Source: a virus
Length of the DNA stretch: 64,000 bases
Reading direction: 5' to 3' (one strand)
IMG/VR virus record: IMGVR_UViG_3300036766_000185
Coordinates: 1-64,000 of that record
This document shows positions 38,079-47,811 of the stretch, piece by piece. Each line of letters starts with the position of its first letter. Within the stretch, counting starts at the first letter, position 1. The notes below the pieces were generated by a model. The model made no database searches. It saw only the letters and a program-made list of their open reading frames with translations, and was not told the DNA's origin. The translations under genes were made by a program, and so were the position numbers.

Positions 38079-38287
38079 TTTTCAAAGCTTCGTTCGAGAG
38101 ACTTCTTGCTACCAGGGCGAATCTGATCTATTACTTGTACCCATCGTCTAACAATGTCTTCGATGTATTTTAGACGTACTCTGTTACCTCCTTCGAAGTC
38201 TGCATTCAAAGCACCATACAATTCCAACATATAGAAGAAACTAACCGACTCGATTCGCTCTTTCTGAAGCTTGGAAACTTTATTCAT
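38075..38287 (-). CDS. Hypothetical protein
   Basis: Coupled short ORF with GGAG RBS. Confidence 0.5.
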   Translation of the reverse strand: MNKVSKLQKERIESVSFFYMLELYGALNADFEGGNRVRLKYIEDIVRRWVQVIDQIRPGSKKSLERSFEK

Positions 38288-39258
38288 TATTTCTCCTTTT
38301 CTTCTACCGAAAGTGCTTCGGTCGTTATTGTATATCGACTTGTCATCGTCCCCAGAATCGTAGACGCTTCACTAATCGGCACAGCGAAATTGATACCTGC
38401 GTTGCTCCCTGAGGACGATACCATTGAATTAATAACGGCAATCAGTCTACCGTTCATATCGACAACTGCACCGCCGCTGGACCCAGGATTCGCCATCGCG
38501 TCAAACTGCACCATGTGCTCTACGTATGCTTTCTGAGGACCGCCAAACAGAAGTTCTAACGCCCCTCCTGCATGAACGATTTCAAAGGCCTTAATAGACT
38601 TATCTTCTTTATCTTCTTCACTTTTTTCTTTCTTACCGCCTGGCTCCTCAATAACACGCTCTACTGCACTTACAATTCCCTGCGCTACAGACGCGGTAAA
38701 CCCGTTCACGACATGATGCGCAGGAAAACCAAACGTCATGATCTTTTGTCCAACCTCTACTGCCGACCCCAATTCTAGAGCAACCAAGTCATGCTGCACC
38801 AGAACGAGAGCGGCATCTGGCTGAACACGTTCCAGTTGCTCAGTTGTAACTTTGAGCAGCGCTAGATCTCGTTGTGCATCTGCAACGTAGTATCCAGCTG
38901 CAAAAACTCGTCCATCTATCGTCTTTATAAATACATGAGCCGCATCTGCGACATTATGCTTCGCGGTAAGGACATACCCATCAGATCTAACAACAACACC
39001 CGTTCCAACTGTTTCAACCTTTGAATCTCCTGGCAGCGCAATTCCTATCTGCACGATAGCTGGAAGAACTTTCTTTGCTACCACCTCTGACTCATCAGAG
39101 TTTCGACTGGACAACCCGATGACTAGAAAGGAGAAAGCTCCAAGCAGAACTGTTAGAGTCATACCCCACTTTATAAGAGTTGAAACACCAGCTTTGAACG
39201 TCATATCAGTTAATCCTCCCGATTTCAAGCATCTTAGTTGTATCCCAGGAATACACAC
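38287..39258 (-). CDS. Membrane-anchored trypsin-like (HtrA/DegP-type) serine protease without PDZ domain
   Basis: GTG, LTAKHNV, DLALLK, NPGSSGG; N-terminal TM segment; true start probably MTFKAG. Confidence 0.9.
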   Translation of the reverse strand: MCIPGIQLRCLKSGGLTDMTFKAGVSTLIKWGMTLTVLLGAFSFLVIGLSSRNSDESEVVAKKVLPAIVQIGIALPGDSKVETVGTGVVVRSDGYVLTAKHNVADAAHVFIKTIDGRVFAAGYYVADAQRDLALLKVTTEQLERVQPDAALVLVQHDLVALELGSAVEVGQKIMTFGFPAHHVVNGFTASVAQGIVSAVERVIEEPGGKKEKSEEDKEDKSIKAFEIVHAGGALELLFGGPQKAYVEHMVQFDAMANPGSSGGAVVDMNGRLIAVINSMVSSSGSNAGINFAVPISEASTILGTMTSRYTITTEALSVEEKEK

Positions 39259-39850
39259 AATAAAACAGCATATTAGAATAGCAGCGATGTATCATTTGTC
39301 TAATAGATGCAGTGGAAAAAGCGTCGTCTGACATTTCCCATTGTCCATTAACATCAATCAAATAGGTCATCTTCTTCTCAGGATTGTAATAGATAGAAAC
39401 GGCATGACCGTTTTTCTTATCTGTACCCGCCATCGTAACAAAATAAGCTTGCTTATATCCTTTTATGTGCATCATATAGGCAGCGAGTCGAGCATAGTCA
39501 TCGCAGTCTCCGCTCATATTGGCAAAAGCTACTACGGGAAGATCGGCTACGTCCCACAAGTATGAGTCTGATCTATAAATCCAATTTTCAAAGGTGAATG
39601 CGATAAGAAAGTCAAGATCGTACGTCTCAATAGCTTGATTGAACTGTTTTTGAAGAGGTCTATCGAGCGCTGTTAGAAGGTTTATTGGGAGGTGATCGTT
39701 GATGAAGTATTGAATCTTGTGAACGATCTCTGAGGCGTGAAAAACAGAAAGCGTAGACTTTTTAGCCCAGAAATAGACGAATATATCGAACGACAAGCTA
39801 ATAGCGAGGGAAACTAAAATCACCTTTAGATATCTTGATCGTCTTTGCAT
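39206..39850 (-). CDS. Transglutaminase-like cysteine peptidase
   Basis: GDCDDYA...GHAV...IDV triad; N-terminal membrane anchor. Confidence 0.8.
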   Translation of the reverse strand: MQRRSRYLKVILVSLAISLSFDIFVYFWAKKSTLSVFHASEIVHKIQYFINDHLPINLLTALDRPLQKQFNQAIETYDLDFLIAFTFENWIYRSDSYLWDVADLPVVAFANMSGDCDDYARLAAYMMHIKGYKQAYFVTMAGTDKKNGHAVSIYYNPEKKMTYLIDVNGQWEMSDDAFSTASIRQMIHRCYSNMLFYCVYSWDTTKMLEIGRIN

Positions 39851-40121
39851 AATGTCTACTCTTTCGTTTATCTTTAGATAGGTGAACAGAGATCCAGGAC
39901 CCCATCCCTGACCCTACAGCGTAGAAAAGTGCCACCCAGATATTATTGAGATTCTCTACAAGACTGCGCAACACGACGTACCACACTAAAACGTAGATTG
40001 TTCCTGCTAGAAACGCCATCAATCCTCTGCCATGGGCTAGAGAGCGAGTATGCCAGCCATTAATGAAGTTTTCAGCTAGCCCAGCAACGAACAGCAGCGA
40101 AGCTACTCCCAAGAACGTCAT
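39798..40121 (-). CDS. Small membrane protein
   Basis: Three TM segments ending YAVGSGMGSW. Confidence 0.6.
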   Translation of the reverse strand: MTFLGVASLLFVAGLAENFINGWHTRSLAHGRGLMAFLAGTIYVLVWYVVLRSLVENLNNIWVALFYAVGSGMGSWISVHLSKDKRKSRHYAKTIKISKGDFSFPRY

Positions 40122-40669
40122 TGTACTTCTTGTCCTTCTACAGTCTTGTTTTCCTCAATCTTTACTTCGCGCTCTCCGTACGTCTTTCCAAGAAAGTCAA
40201 CTAGCTCTGTCCAGGAGCTAAAAATGCGCCCATGACGACGAATCACTCGCAGCAGCCAATAGCTCCATTCCTTCAACGGAGAGTAGCTTACAACGTACAC
40301 AGGAATCCCTGTAACAATAACGGCGTGCCAAATCTCTGATATAGTCCCTGCTGACTGCTTACTGGGTTCATAATAAGCTACTACCATATTGGCCTCTTCT
40401 ACAAGCCTCTTGTCTCTGTCTATAAGTAAATCGACTAGATGATCGAAACGTTCCCAATTCTCTGCAGCTACGCACTCACTGATCGTCTCTTTTACTGACT
40501 CCGGATTGCCTAACTCCTTAGCCTCATAGATTGTAGGATCAAGAGCAACTATGCCTAGCTTCTCTAGCAGCGGAGTTATTGTACGCCTCCAAGCTACCCC
40601 ACCATCAGAGCTAGCCTGAATGCTGCCCGCTAGATAAGCTTTCATAGATGGAAGAGGCTCAGGAGCCAT
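40118..40669 (-). CDS. Nucleoside 2-deoxyribosyltransferase-like protein
   Basis: AYLAGSI...WR...DP...D...SAGTISE. Confidence 0.8.
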   Translation of the reverse strand: MAPEPLPSMKAYLAGSIQASSDGGVAWRRTITPLLEKLGIVALDPTIYEAKELGNPESVKETISECVAAENWERFDHLVDLLIDRDKRLVEEANMVVAYYEPSKQSAGTISEIWHAVIVTGIPVYVVSYSPLKEWSYWLLRVIRRHGRIFSSWTELVDFLGKTYGEREVKIEENKTVEGQEVQ

Positions 40670-40882
40670 TTACTTATCACTCTCCCTCGTAGTAGGTTGC
40701 GCTGACTGCCCTGGTTGATCATGATGCCCGTACCATCTAGACCTAGCCCTAACAGCGATACCAAAGAGAATCAGACAACCCGATAGATACTGTGCAAGTA
40801 TGAAATCAGGTGTATCAGAACCATTCTCCTGACTATACTTGTTGATTAGGGCTTCTAGTTCTTTCGCAAAGGTAGCAGTCAT
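40670..40882 (-). CDS. Conserved phage protein
   Basis: LINKYSQENGSDTPDFILAQYL motif. Confidence 0.65.
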   Translation of the reverse strand: MTATFAKELEALINKYSQENGSDTPDFILAQYLSGCLILFGIAVRARSRWYGHHDQPGQSAQPTTRESDK

Positions 40883-41100
40883 TTGCCAGCAAACCTCTCG
40901 AACAAACTCTTACTAACCCCAGCCGCGTTTATCCAAGAAATGTTACTCTCGCTATACACATCAACAATAAACGCGCCCTGCCCATCCTCATGGCTCAATG
41001 ATAATCCATGCTGTTTACAAAGCGAAGTTAGCTCAGTCATAAATAGCTCAACTGCCCCGATTTGAGCATCTATACTTAGTTCATGTACCCATCGTTTCAT
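40879..41100 (-). CDS. Hypothetical protein
   Basis: CKQHGLSLSHEDGQGAFIV. Confidence 0.55.
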   Translation of the reverse strand: MKRWVHELSIDAQIGAVELFMTELTSLCKQHGLSLSHEDGQGAFIVDVYSESNISWINAAGVSKSLFERFAGK

Positions 41101-41612
41101 TCAAATATGTCTCCATTTGCGTCTGCAGCATCTTGCTCATAAGGCGCTATACGACGCCTGTAATACTCAAATGCGACACAACGAATCATACCGTAAGCGT
41201 CATATCTACGATTCTCATCAATAGACGTTTCGCGCAGCGCAGTCTCTAGCACCCCAATAGCATTGTTGTAGTCGCTATATTTGCTATTTTCTTTAGAATA
41301 CAAAGCATTAATAATCGTACAAATCGTATAATTCAGAGTGCCATTCAGCTTCTCTTGTAAAGCGGGATTCTGCTTAATCGTCTCAATAAGAGGAAACAAT
41401 TTTTTATCTACCATTTGACGCTTCTCATCATCTACTGGAGGATAGACCTCGTTCTCTCTCTTACTATAAAACGCAGACAGAAGACGACGCACCACATGAT
41501 AAAATGTGTCATCCCTGGTACTCATAAGGTGAAAATTCCACCCCAACCACTCCACCAGATCGGTTAGTGGTGTCTCAAGCCAGGCTCTGTGAGTACCCGA
41601 AATGTACGGCAT
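41097..41612 (-). CDS. DUF6899-like phage protein
   Basis: MPYI...GTLNY...YSDYNNAIGVLE...EYYRRRIAPYE...NGD. Confidence 0.65.
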   Translation of the reverse strand: MPYISGTHRAWLETPLTDLVEWLGWNFHLMSTRDDTFYHVVRRLLSAFYSKRENEVYPPVDDEKRQMVDKKLFPLIETIKQNPALQEKLNGTLNYTICTIINALYSKENSKYSDYNNAIGVLETALRETSIDENRRYDAYGMIRCVAFEYYRRRIAPYEQDAADANGDIFE

Positions 41613-41809
41613 TAAAGATTCTCAACTCCCTCAATCTTACCACCTTCTTCATTCTCTCGCTCTTGTTTGTCTCGACAATCATCACATACATCGTCCTCAC
41701 TAGTAATGTCTTTATATTCCTCTAGCAGATCGTCCAAGCTAGACTCGAACAATCGCCAGATATGAAAGTCTAAGATCTGCTTGATCATTTCATCGCGAGA
41801 TTCCATCAA
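41612..41809 (-). CDS. Hypothetical acidic protein
   Basis: Short coupled ORF. Confidence 0.45.
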   Translation of the reverse strand: MMESRDEMIKQILDFHIWRLFESSLDDLLEEYKDITSEDDVCDDCRDKQERENEEGGKIEGVENL

Positions 41810-42093
41810 TTCCTCTCCTGCTTCATAAATGCGATTTCACCTTTTAGATTCTTCTGCTCATTTAGCGTATACATAGCGACTCGCTCTAAAGTCTGAACTC
41901 GATCTAAGAGACCTAGCTTTTCTGCTTCTGAGATTGCTGCGCTATGCATAAGACTCTTGATCTGCACAAGCTCTTCTCTCACTATACGTCTCGTAAGAAT
42001 GCCATTAAGACCAATTGATAGACCGACCGATGAAAGAATAGCAAATATCGCGCTAACACTAATCGTCAAATTTGCAGTAGTTCGCGCTTCCAT
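41806..42093 (-). CDS. Membrane-anchored coiled-coil protein
   Basis: N-terminal TM segment then coiled coil. Confidence 0.5.
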   Translation of the reverse strand: MEARTTANLTISVSAIFAILSSVGLSIGLNGILTRRIVREELVQIKSLMHSAAISEAEKLGLLDRVQTLERVAMYTLNEQKNLKGEIAFMKQERN

Positions 42094-42252
42094 TTTTGGC
42101 TTTCTCTTATTTTATCAAAACGATGGCCTCACAGTTGGTTCCTAATGCCTTCATGCGCTCTTCGTGTTGTCTGGTCAGATCTCTGTCCATCGCGATGATG
42201 AGAAGTACCACACCAATTAGAACGCTCACAGTTACACAGTATTCGGTTTTCA

Positions 42253-42465
42253 TCACCCTCTCCTCAGCAGCGCTTTTATCAGTCGCTTCTGTCGCTCGCT
42301 TTTCTGCGTTCGCCGGAGAGCATCCCAAAGCGCTACATTACACACGAGTCTTTCGCTTGCTACACCTTTTGCATTCTCGCGCTGAAAGCGCACCATCCCA
42401 TATCCTTCATCTACGCCGTAGTCGTTACGGTGAACTTCCTGAGGGATAAGCACTAACTTGTTCAT
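42253..42465 (-). CDS. Hypothetical protein
   Basis: ATGA-coupled to the exonuclease gene. Confidence 0.45.
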   Translation of the reverse strand: MNKLVLIPQEVHRNDYGVDEGYGMVRFQRENAKGVASERLVCNVALWDALRRTQKSERQKRLIKALLRRG

Positions 42466-43235
42466 AGCGCCATTCTTTCATTTTTTTCAGGACTAGGGAT
42501 GGTAACTCGACCTGCATAGCCTCCGTGGCCTTTGCAGAAGAAGGTTTGGTAACAAGTCTTACCTTGATATCGAATCCCATCCTTTCGCAGATCTTGACTG
42601 CCACAGTTAGCGCATCGAAAATCGCCGTAAAATGCTGATAAGTTCAGCTTCGGCTTAATGTGTGGCTGGAACTTATTCCACAAAGCTCGCGTGTCCTCAA
42701 CGTCCTTGCGATTGTAAGCACACATTTTATCAAAACTCTTTTTGTTCTTGCACTCTAAGATATCAATCCAGTCTTGCATTTCCATCTTCACTTTTCCGCC
42801 TAGCCCGAACTGTTTAGAAATGTAGTCTAAACTAGCAGACGGGAAGGCGAAATGCTTTCGAATCTGTTTCTCTAAGTCATCAGTATACTTCGCCCACTCA
42901 GGCAGAGGAGGCAGATTATTGAGCACTCGCTGAGTATTTATGTACTTAATATCAAACTTGTCTGAGTTTTTACCAATAGCTACGTCAGCCATTTTGACAA
43001 TTTTATCAAATTCACGAATCACTTTTCCCGAATCCTGCTCTTTAAAGCCCCAATCAATTGTCCTAGCCGATTTGCCGTCGTTAAACGCATAGCTTATGCA
43101 AATAATCCCATATCTACTGCTCTGCTCGGCTAGCTGATGCTGTCGTACATATTGCTTGCCGAGTCTCCAAACATAGACGAGAAGGGGCGTAGTCTCAATA
43201 TCGAAGAACATCACCAAAGGCTTTTTATTCAACAT
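42462..43235 (-). CDS. RNase H-like (DEDD) exonuclease with C-terminal Zn ribbon
   Basis: FFDIET, NSDKFDIK, YNRKDV; CANCGS. Confidence 0.85.
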   Translation of the reverse strand: MLNKKPLVMFFDIETTPLLVYVWRLGKQYVRQHQLAEQSSRYGIICISYAFNDGKSARTIDWGFKEQDSGKVIREFDKIVKMADVAIGKNSDKFDIKYINTQRVLNNLPPLPEWAKYTDDLEKQIRKHFAFPSASLDYISKQFGLGGKVKMEMQDWIDILECKNKKSFDKMCAYNRKDVEDTRALWNKFQPHIKPKLNLSAFYGDFRCANCGSQDLRKDGIRYQGKTCYQTFFCKGHGGYAGRVTIPSPEKNERMAL

Positions 43236-43268
43236 TCTTTCTCCTTGTTTTCTTCTTCTCTAGTATAG

Positions 43269-43297
43269 AGTATATCACACCACATACAACCAGTAAA
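43269..43297 (-). promoter_or_regulatory. Sigma-70-type promoter (extended -10)
   Basis: TTTACT-17 bp-TATACT with TGn; shares GGTGTGATATACT with 60745..60773. Confidence 0.7.
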
Positions 43298-44989
43298 TTA
43301 TTCCTTTAGAACGCGTGATTCCCCGTCAATCTTCTTGACTACTATCACGTTTTCTGCAGCGTACATATCTCTAATATCGGTGTGAGTCACCACGATCACT
43401 CGTTCGAACTGAGGGCGAAGCTGTTGCGACAGTTCTACAAATTTGATCTTTCCAAGCTCATCAAGAGAACCAAACCCTTCGTCTATAATTAGGGTAGAGA
43501 TCTTGAAGTTATTTCTTCGCGCTAGAACGCTGGACAGCGCAATTCTAATAGCCAAATCAATTCTAAACTTCTCGCCCCCACTCAAAGAGTCATACAATCT
43601 CCGATTCAAATCAGATAGCACAGCGATATCAAGAGTCTCTCCTATCCCACCGCTCTTGAGAGTCTTTTGTGTTGAGATCTCTAGTCTCAATTTTCTATCC
43701 GACAACACCTCTAGCAGCTTGTTAGATTCTAGTTCAATCTCCGGGATTACACTTTCAATGATACGAGTGGGAATTCCGTTCTTGTCGAAAGCTCCCTCCA
43801 GGGCGCTTAAAACTGCATGGTCATCGTCAATTAAAATTAGAGCGGCTTCAAGCTCTCTAACTCGTTGTTCCAATTTCAATTTTTCCGTTTCTTTGGCTTG
43901 AAGAAATCCAAGAGCAGATTCTAACGCTCGAATCGACGCATCGATGATCTCCGCCTGCTCGAAAATCGCTCTGATTCGAAGCTCGAATGCATTTATAGTT
44001 TGCTGCTGATGTGTTGTCCGTTCTAGCATTTGAAGAATCTTAGAACTAACACCAGAGCGCTCCTCTGCGTATCGAGATAATCTTGTTTTAAGAGTTTTTA
44101 TCAAGTCTACTTTTCTTTGCTCGTCAAGTTTAGACAAACAGAGCGGGCATTCTCCATTCATCTTGGCTAGCGTCTCAACTCTAGCGGCTACCTTGCTCAT
44201 AGCATCGTCTAGCTGAACACCATACATAGACAATTTTGATCGTTCTACGACATTAGAAGCTAGTTTGGCTTTTTCTTCGGCTAGCGGCATATCGATAGAC
44301 GAACGCTCGTCTGATAAGGTCTTTTCTAGGGTGATTTGCTCTCTTAGTTTATCTCTCTGCTCTTCTAGTGAAGATTCCTCAACCGCATCAGCTAGCTGCA
44401 TCTGTACAGCAGACAAGCTTAGATCTGTAGCGAAAGATTCCTTCTCTTTATTCTTCAAACGCAGTCTAACTTCCTCTAGATACTTATCGTATTCATCTAG
44501 ACGCAGAATCTTCATTATGATGTGCTTTGCCTCTTTGGGAGCTAGAACACTAAAACTGTCTGATTTTCCCTGCTCGACGCAAGCACTCATAATAAAAAGA
44601 TCGTACGTCATACCCAGCAGATTTTCAATTTTCTGTTGAGTCTCTGCAATCGTAGCACCATTATCGGGATGCCCCTTCCCATCAATGTAGCTAACATCTA
44701 GATTAAGAGTAGTTTTCTTTTCGCGCTCTCTCACTCTTCGTACACGATACGCATTCTGACCTAGTGAAAACTCTACTTCGACCTCGCAGCTTTTCTCGCC
44801 CTCGGTGATTAGCTCGTCTCCGTTAGCTCTAGCACGTCCAAATAAGCACCAGGTAACTGCATCTTTAACTAGAGAGGATTTTCCTGCACCATTCTCCCCT
44901 ACTACTATAACTGGATTCATGCTAGTTATATCTAGCTCTGTATGCTTATGAGAGAGAAAATTATGAACAGAAATCTTGTCGATTCTCAT
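43298..44989 (-). CDS. sbcC: SbcC/Rad50-like ATPase
   Basis: GENGAGKS, coiled coil with CPLC hook, LSGGE, IIDEGFGSLD. Confidence 0.95.
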   Translation of the reverse strand: MRIDKISVHNFLSHKHTELDITSMNPVIVVGENGAGKSSLVKDAVTWCLFGRARANGDELITEGEKSCEVEVEFSLGQNAYRVRRVREREKKTTLNLDVSYIDGKGHPDNGATIAETQQKIENLLGMTYDLFIMSACVEQGKSDSFSVLAPKEAKHIIMKILRLDEYDKYLEEVRLRLKNKEKESFATDLSLSAVQMQLADAVEESSLEEQRDKLREQITLEKTLSDERSSIDMPLAEEKAKLASNVVERSKLSMYGVQLDDAMSKVAARVETLAKMNGECPLCLSKLDEQRKVDLIKTLKTRLSRYAEERSGVSSKILQMLERTTHQQQTINAFELRIRAIFEQAEIIDASIRALESALGFLQAKETEKLKLEQRVRELEAALILIDDDHAVLSALEGAFDKNGIPTRIIESVIPEIELESNKLLEVLSDRKLRLEISTQKTLKSGGIGETLDIAVLSDLNRRLYDSLSGGEKFRIDLAIRIALSSVLARRNNFKISTLIIDEGFGSLDELGKIKFVELSQQLRPQFERVIVVTHTDIRDMYAAENVIVVKKIDGESRVLKE

Positions 44990-45174
44990 TCAGAAGTTAC
45001 GTCCTCTAAATCCACATCAAAGTTCTCTACGTCTACTGTTGACACCGCCTGACAGACCATACAGCGAATGTCAATGGCCTCTTTAGTCTCATGAGAGGAT
45101 ACAACGGTAACTTCCTCAGAGAAACAGAAGGAGCACTTGACACTATTCATTCTTTGCCTCGATAGCTCGCTCAC
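44986..45174 (-). CDS. Small Zn-ribbon protein
   Basis: CSFC...CMVC. Confidence 0.5.
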   Translation of the reverse strand: MSELSRQRMNSVKCSFCFSEEVTVVSSHETKEAIDIRCMVCQAVSTVDVENFDVDLEDVTSE

Positions 45175-46111
45175 TCATCATCTTGTCCACGACTAGTAAA
45201 CAAAGCTTGGGAGCTTGCTTTTTTATTAAGTTGAATTGTAATGTGTTAAAATCCTTTACAAGAAGCCAACACTCTTCCTTCATAATATCTTCTATCACAG
45301 CACGGGGTAGCACGTGCATGATTGTTCTGTCGATTGGCAATCCCTGCTCATCTTTAAGTCTCAAAATTGCTTTCCTAATTCGTGCTTCGGTATAGAATGC
45401 GGTGAGAAATCTAGAGGTATCATCTTGGAGATCTTTCACTCCACCACCAAAAGCTGCCATATTAGCCTCTTTGAAGGATTGAGTTACTAATTTGGCGAAC
45501 ATTTGTCTCCCGTACACATTTCTGCGAAAGTAATTCTTTATAACGATTCCTTCCATTCTGCCTTCATAGTAAGCGCTGTTACCAATGAAGTTTTCTAATC
45601 TCGCCACATCAATTTCTGCTACTGTAGTCTTCAAAATGAGTGGAACAATCGAAAGTCCCAGTCTTTCATATTCAGCTTTAACAGCCTCATAAGGAAGATA
45701 GATATGAGTCAGCGTATTATAGATATCGAACCCCATAAACTGAGGAGTTCGCGCCCAGTCGTAGTTGATAGTATGCTTTTTGCACCACTCGCCATAGTAG
45801 ATGTAGTCGGGATGCAAGACTTCAGCCCAAGTTTTACCCGCCACGAAATTTTCACTCATTTTATCAACCAACCAGTTGGCGTTTTTCCCAAACTGCTTGA
45901 GTTGCGGACTATTGGCATCAGTGAGTTTGAACTGATTGTTTCTGGATCCAAAAAGAAGTTCACCTTCCCACACTCTAAATTGGGCATTGCCCCCATCTAT
46001 TTTTTCTTGAATAACAATAACGTCTGTAGGCTCAGAAAAGAGACCATAATTTTCCTCATGACCAAGACGCTCTATATCCAAATACTTGTGAAATGTCGGG
46101 AGATCGCTCAT
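45143..46111 (-). CDS. RNA ligase (Rnl2-like nucleotidyltransferase)
   Basis: EKIDGGN, GSRN, YGEW, FDI, EGIVIKN, AKLV...FKE. Confidence 0.9.
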   Translation of the reverse strand: MSDLPTFHKYLDIERLGHEENYGLFSEPTDVIVIQEKIDGGNAQFRVWEGELLFGSRNNQFKLTDANSPQLKQFGKNANWLVDKMSENFVAGKTWAEVLHPDYIYYGEWCKKHTINYDWARTPQFMGFDIYNTLTHIYLPYEAVKAEYERLGLSIVPLILKTTVAEIDVARLENFIGNSAYYEGRMEGIVIKNYFRRNVYGRQMFAKLVTQSFKEANMAAFGGGVKDLQDDTSRFLTAFYTEARIRKAILRLKDEQGLPIDRTIMHVLPRAVIEDIMKEECWLLVKDFNTLQFNLIKKQAPKLCLLVVDKMMSERAIEAKNE

Positions 46112-46353
46112 TTCTTAGCCCTGCACTTTCCACATTTTCCTTTGATGGTATAAGTCATACAATGACATGAATCACACAGAGAGATTTCATTTCGAAAAGC
46201 TTCGAACTTCTCTGGAGTCCAATCTTGTCGCTCGATCCACCCGCCTCCCATCGAGCACGTAGAAAGGTGCACCTCTTCTCCTGGTCTACTATGGGCCCCG
46301 CACTCTTTACACTTACTCATTCTCTTCTGCGCTCTGTTCTTCATCAAGCTCAC
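46108..46353 (-). CDS. Cys-rich small protein
   Basis: CKEC, CDSCHC, CGKC. Confidence 0.5.
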   Translation of the reverse strand: MSLMKNRAQKRMSKCKECGAHSRPGEEVHLSTCSMGGGWIERQDWTPEKFEAFRNEISLCDSCHCMTYTIKGKCGKCRAKK

Positions 46354-46471
46354 TTATCTCTCCGCACTCTAGACACTCGATTATGGTGATCAATTCAATC
46401 GAAGTCTGAACCTTTTCGATCTCTCTCACCAACTCAGATTGACATGAAGAGCAGTTCATTTTATTTGTCCC

Positions 46472-46951
46472 TTAGTATCTGTAATCATAGATTCTCTCTA
46501 GGCCGTAACGCTTCAATATCGAGCTATCAGTCAGATCATCTTCCATCAATTTTCTAAAGTCTACATACACTCCCGCACCAGCATATACACTCTGAGCAAA
46601 ATCGTCGCATAAGATCTTTCCTGACCTGTATCCCACAGGAAGCTGCAGACATTTCAAAACGAAGCCAACCCAGTCAAAGTCTAAGATTTCATAGTTATAC
46701 AGAGCAGCCCGCATCCAGGATTCATCAAGATAGGCGGCGTCAACTCGTCGCAAAATCACGATCTGTTTCTGTCTGTATTCGTTCATGTCGCCAACTCTGA
46801 CGCCCTGCTTCAATGTCAATTCAAGAATTTCGTTGTCGTCTCGACACAGGAGGACGTGGTTCCAATAGAAGTGCAGAAGCTTGCGACTAAGCCAATGTCG
46901 CCACTTCGTACCTCTGGCTAACACTATATCTCCTGCTTTAACTTCAATCAT
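46472..46951 (-). CDS. Permuted papain-like (NlpC/P60, YiiX-type) protein
   Basis: GDIVL...WNHV...LCDDF with His preceding Cys. Confidence 0.7.
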   Translation of the reverse strand: MIEVKAGDIVLARGTKWRHWLSRKLLHFYWNHVLLCRDDNEILELTLKQGVRVGDMNEYRQKQIVILRRVDAAYLDESWMRAALYNYEILDFDWVGFVLKCLQLPVGYRSGKILCDDFAQSVYAGAGVYVDFRKLMEDDLTDSSILKRYGLERIYDYRY

Positions 46952-47133
46952 TAGATTCTCTCTGTCGCTATAACTAATCTTCCTGTTCCTCGATCATATG
47001 CCCTAGCAATAGCCTTTAACTCGTGCAGCAGCTTGTTACACAACTTCTCCATCTCCACGTCATATTCTGGTTTGGTTGCATCGTCTACAGTTACAGAGAT
47101 AGACAACTTGTAGCTTCTAGTTTTCTGAGTCAT
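46951..47133 (-). CDS. Hypothetical protein
   Basis: Short coupled ORF. Confidence 0.45.
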   Translation of the reverse strand: MTQKTRSYKLSISVTVDDATKPEYDVEMEKLCNKLLHELKAIARAYDRGTGRLVIATERI

Positions 47134-47217
47134 TTTTATTTCCCGCGTCGAACAAGCAGCGTGAAAACAACAATAGCCACAACTCCAACCAAAAGAGTAA
47201 GCGCGTTTCCTGACATT

Positions 47218-47811
47218 TTATTCTCCTTTCAGTTTACCCCTGTTTACGATATCCCACTTTACAGCAGAAAGCTGCGCATCTTCTCTCTTACGATTCTGCG
47301 ACCGCGCATCAAGTTTAGCTACCATTTCTATCGCGGCTCTCGTAGCCTTATTATTAAAATCACGAACTACATTATCAACAGTTCTATCGCTAACATCAAA
47401 AAGGTTCTGATCTCGAATGTCTCTGGTCGACTGAGAAGTTTGATCGTTTAATTGAGCCGTTGCATAGGCTCTGAAATCAAAGTGCAGACGCTCGCCGAAT
47501 TTGCTCGTCCAATACGCGATCTCAGAATCAGATAATTCGCTCTTAAACGGTTGAGTCTCTAGCGATACAAACAAGTCCAACCCTCCCGTATACAAGTCTG
47601 GTCTTTTTACTTGACAGTCTGAAACTGCATGAAGATATAGTTTAGATTGTACTAAACTCGTAGCGATGATAAAGGCAATCTCTCTCAATCTCTCAGCCAG
47701 AAGATATCTAATAGAAGTTTTCGACTGATTCATCTGCTGATATCTAGTGATGAGGGTTCCATACCAGCCGTACAGACTCTGATCTTGTCGATTACCCTCT
47801 AGTAGTGGCAT
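47218..47811 (-). CDS. Hypothetical protein
   Basis: Overlaps end of sbcD-like gene. Confidence 0.55.
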   Translation of the reverse strand: MPLLEGNRQDQSLYGWYGTLITRYQQMNQSKTSIRYLLAERLREIAFIIATSLVQSKLYLHAVSDCQVKRPDLYTGGLDLFVSLETQPFKSELSDSEIAYWTSKFGERLHFDFRAYATAQLNDQTSQSTRDIRDQNLFDVSDRTVDNVVRDFNNKATRAAIEMVAKLDARSQNRKREDAQLSAVKWDIVNRGKLKGE

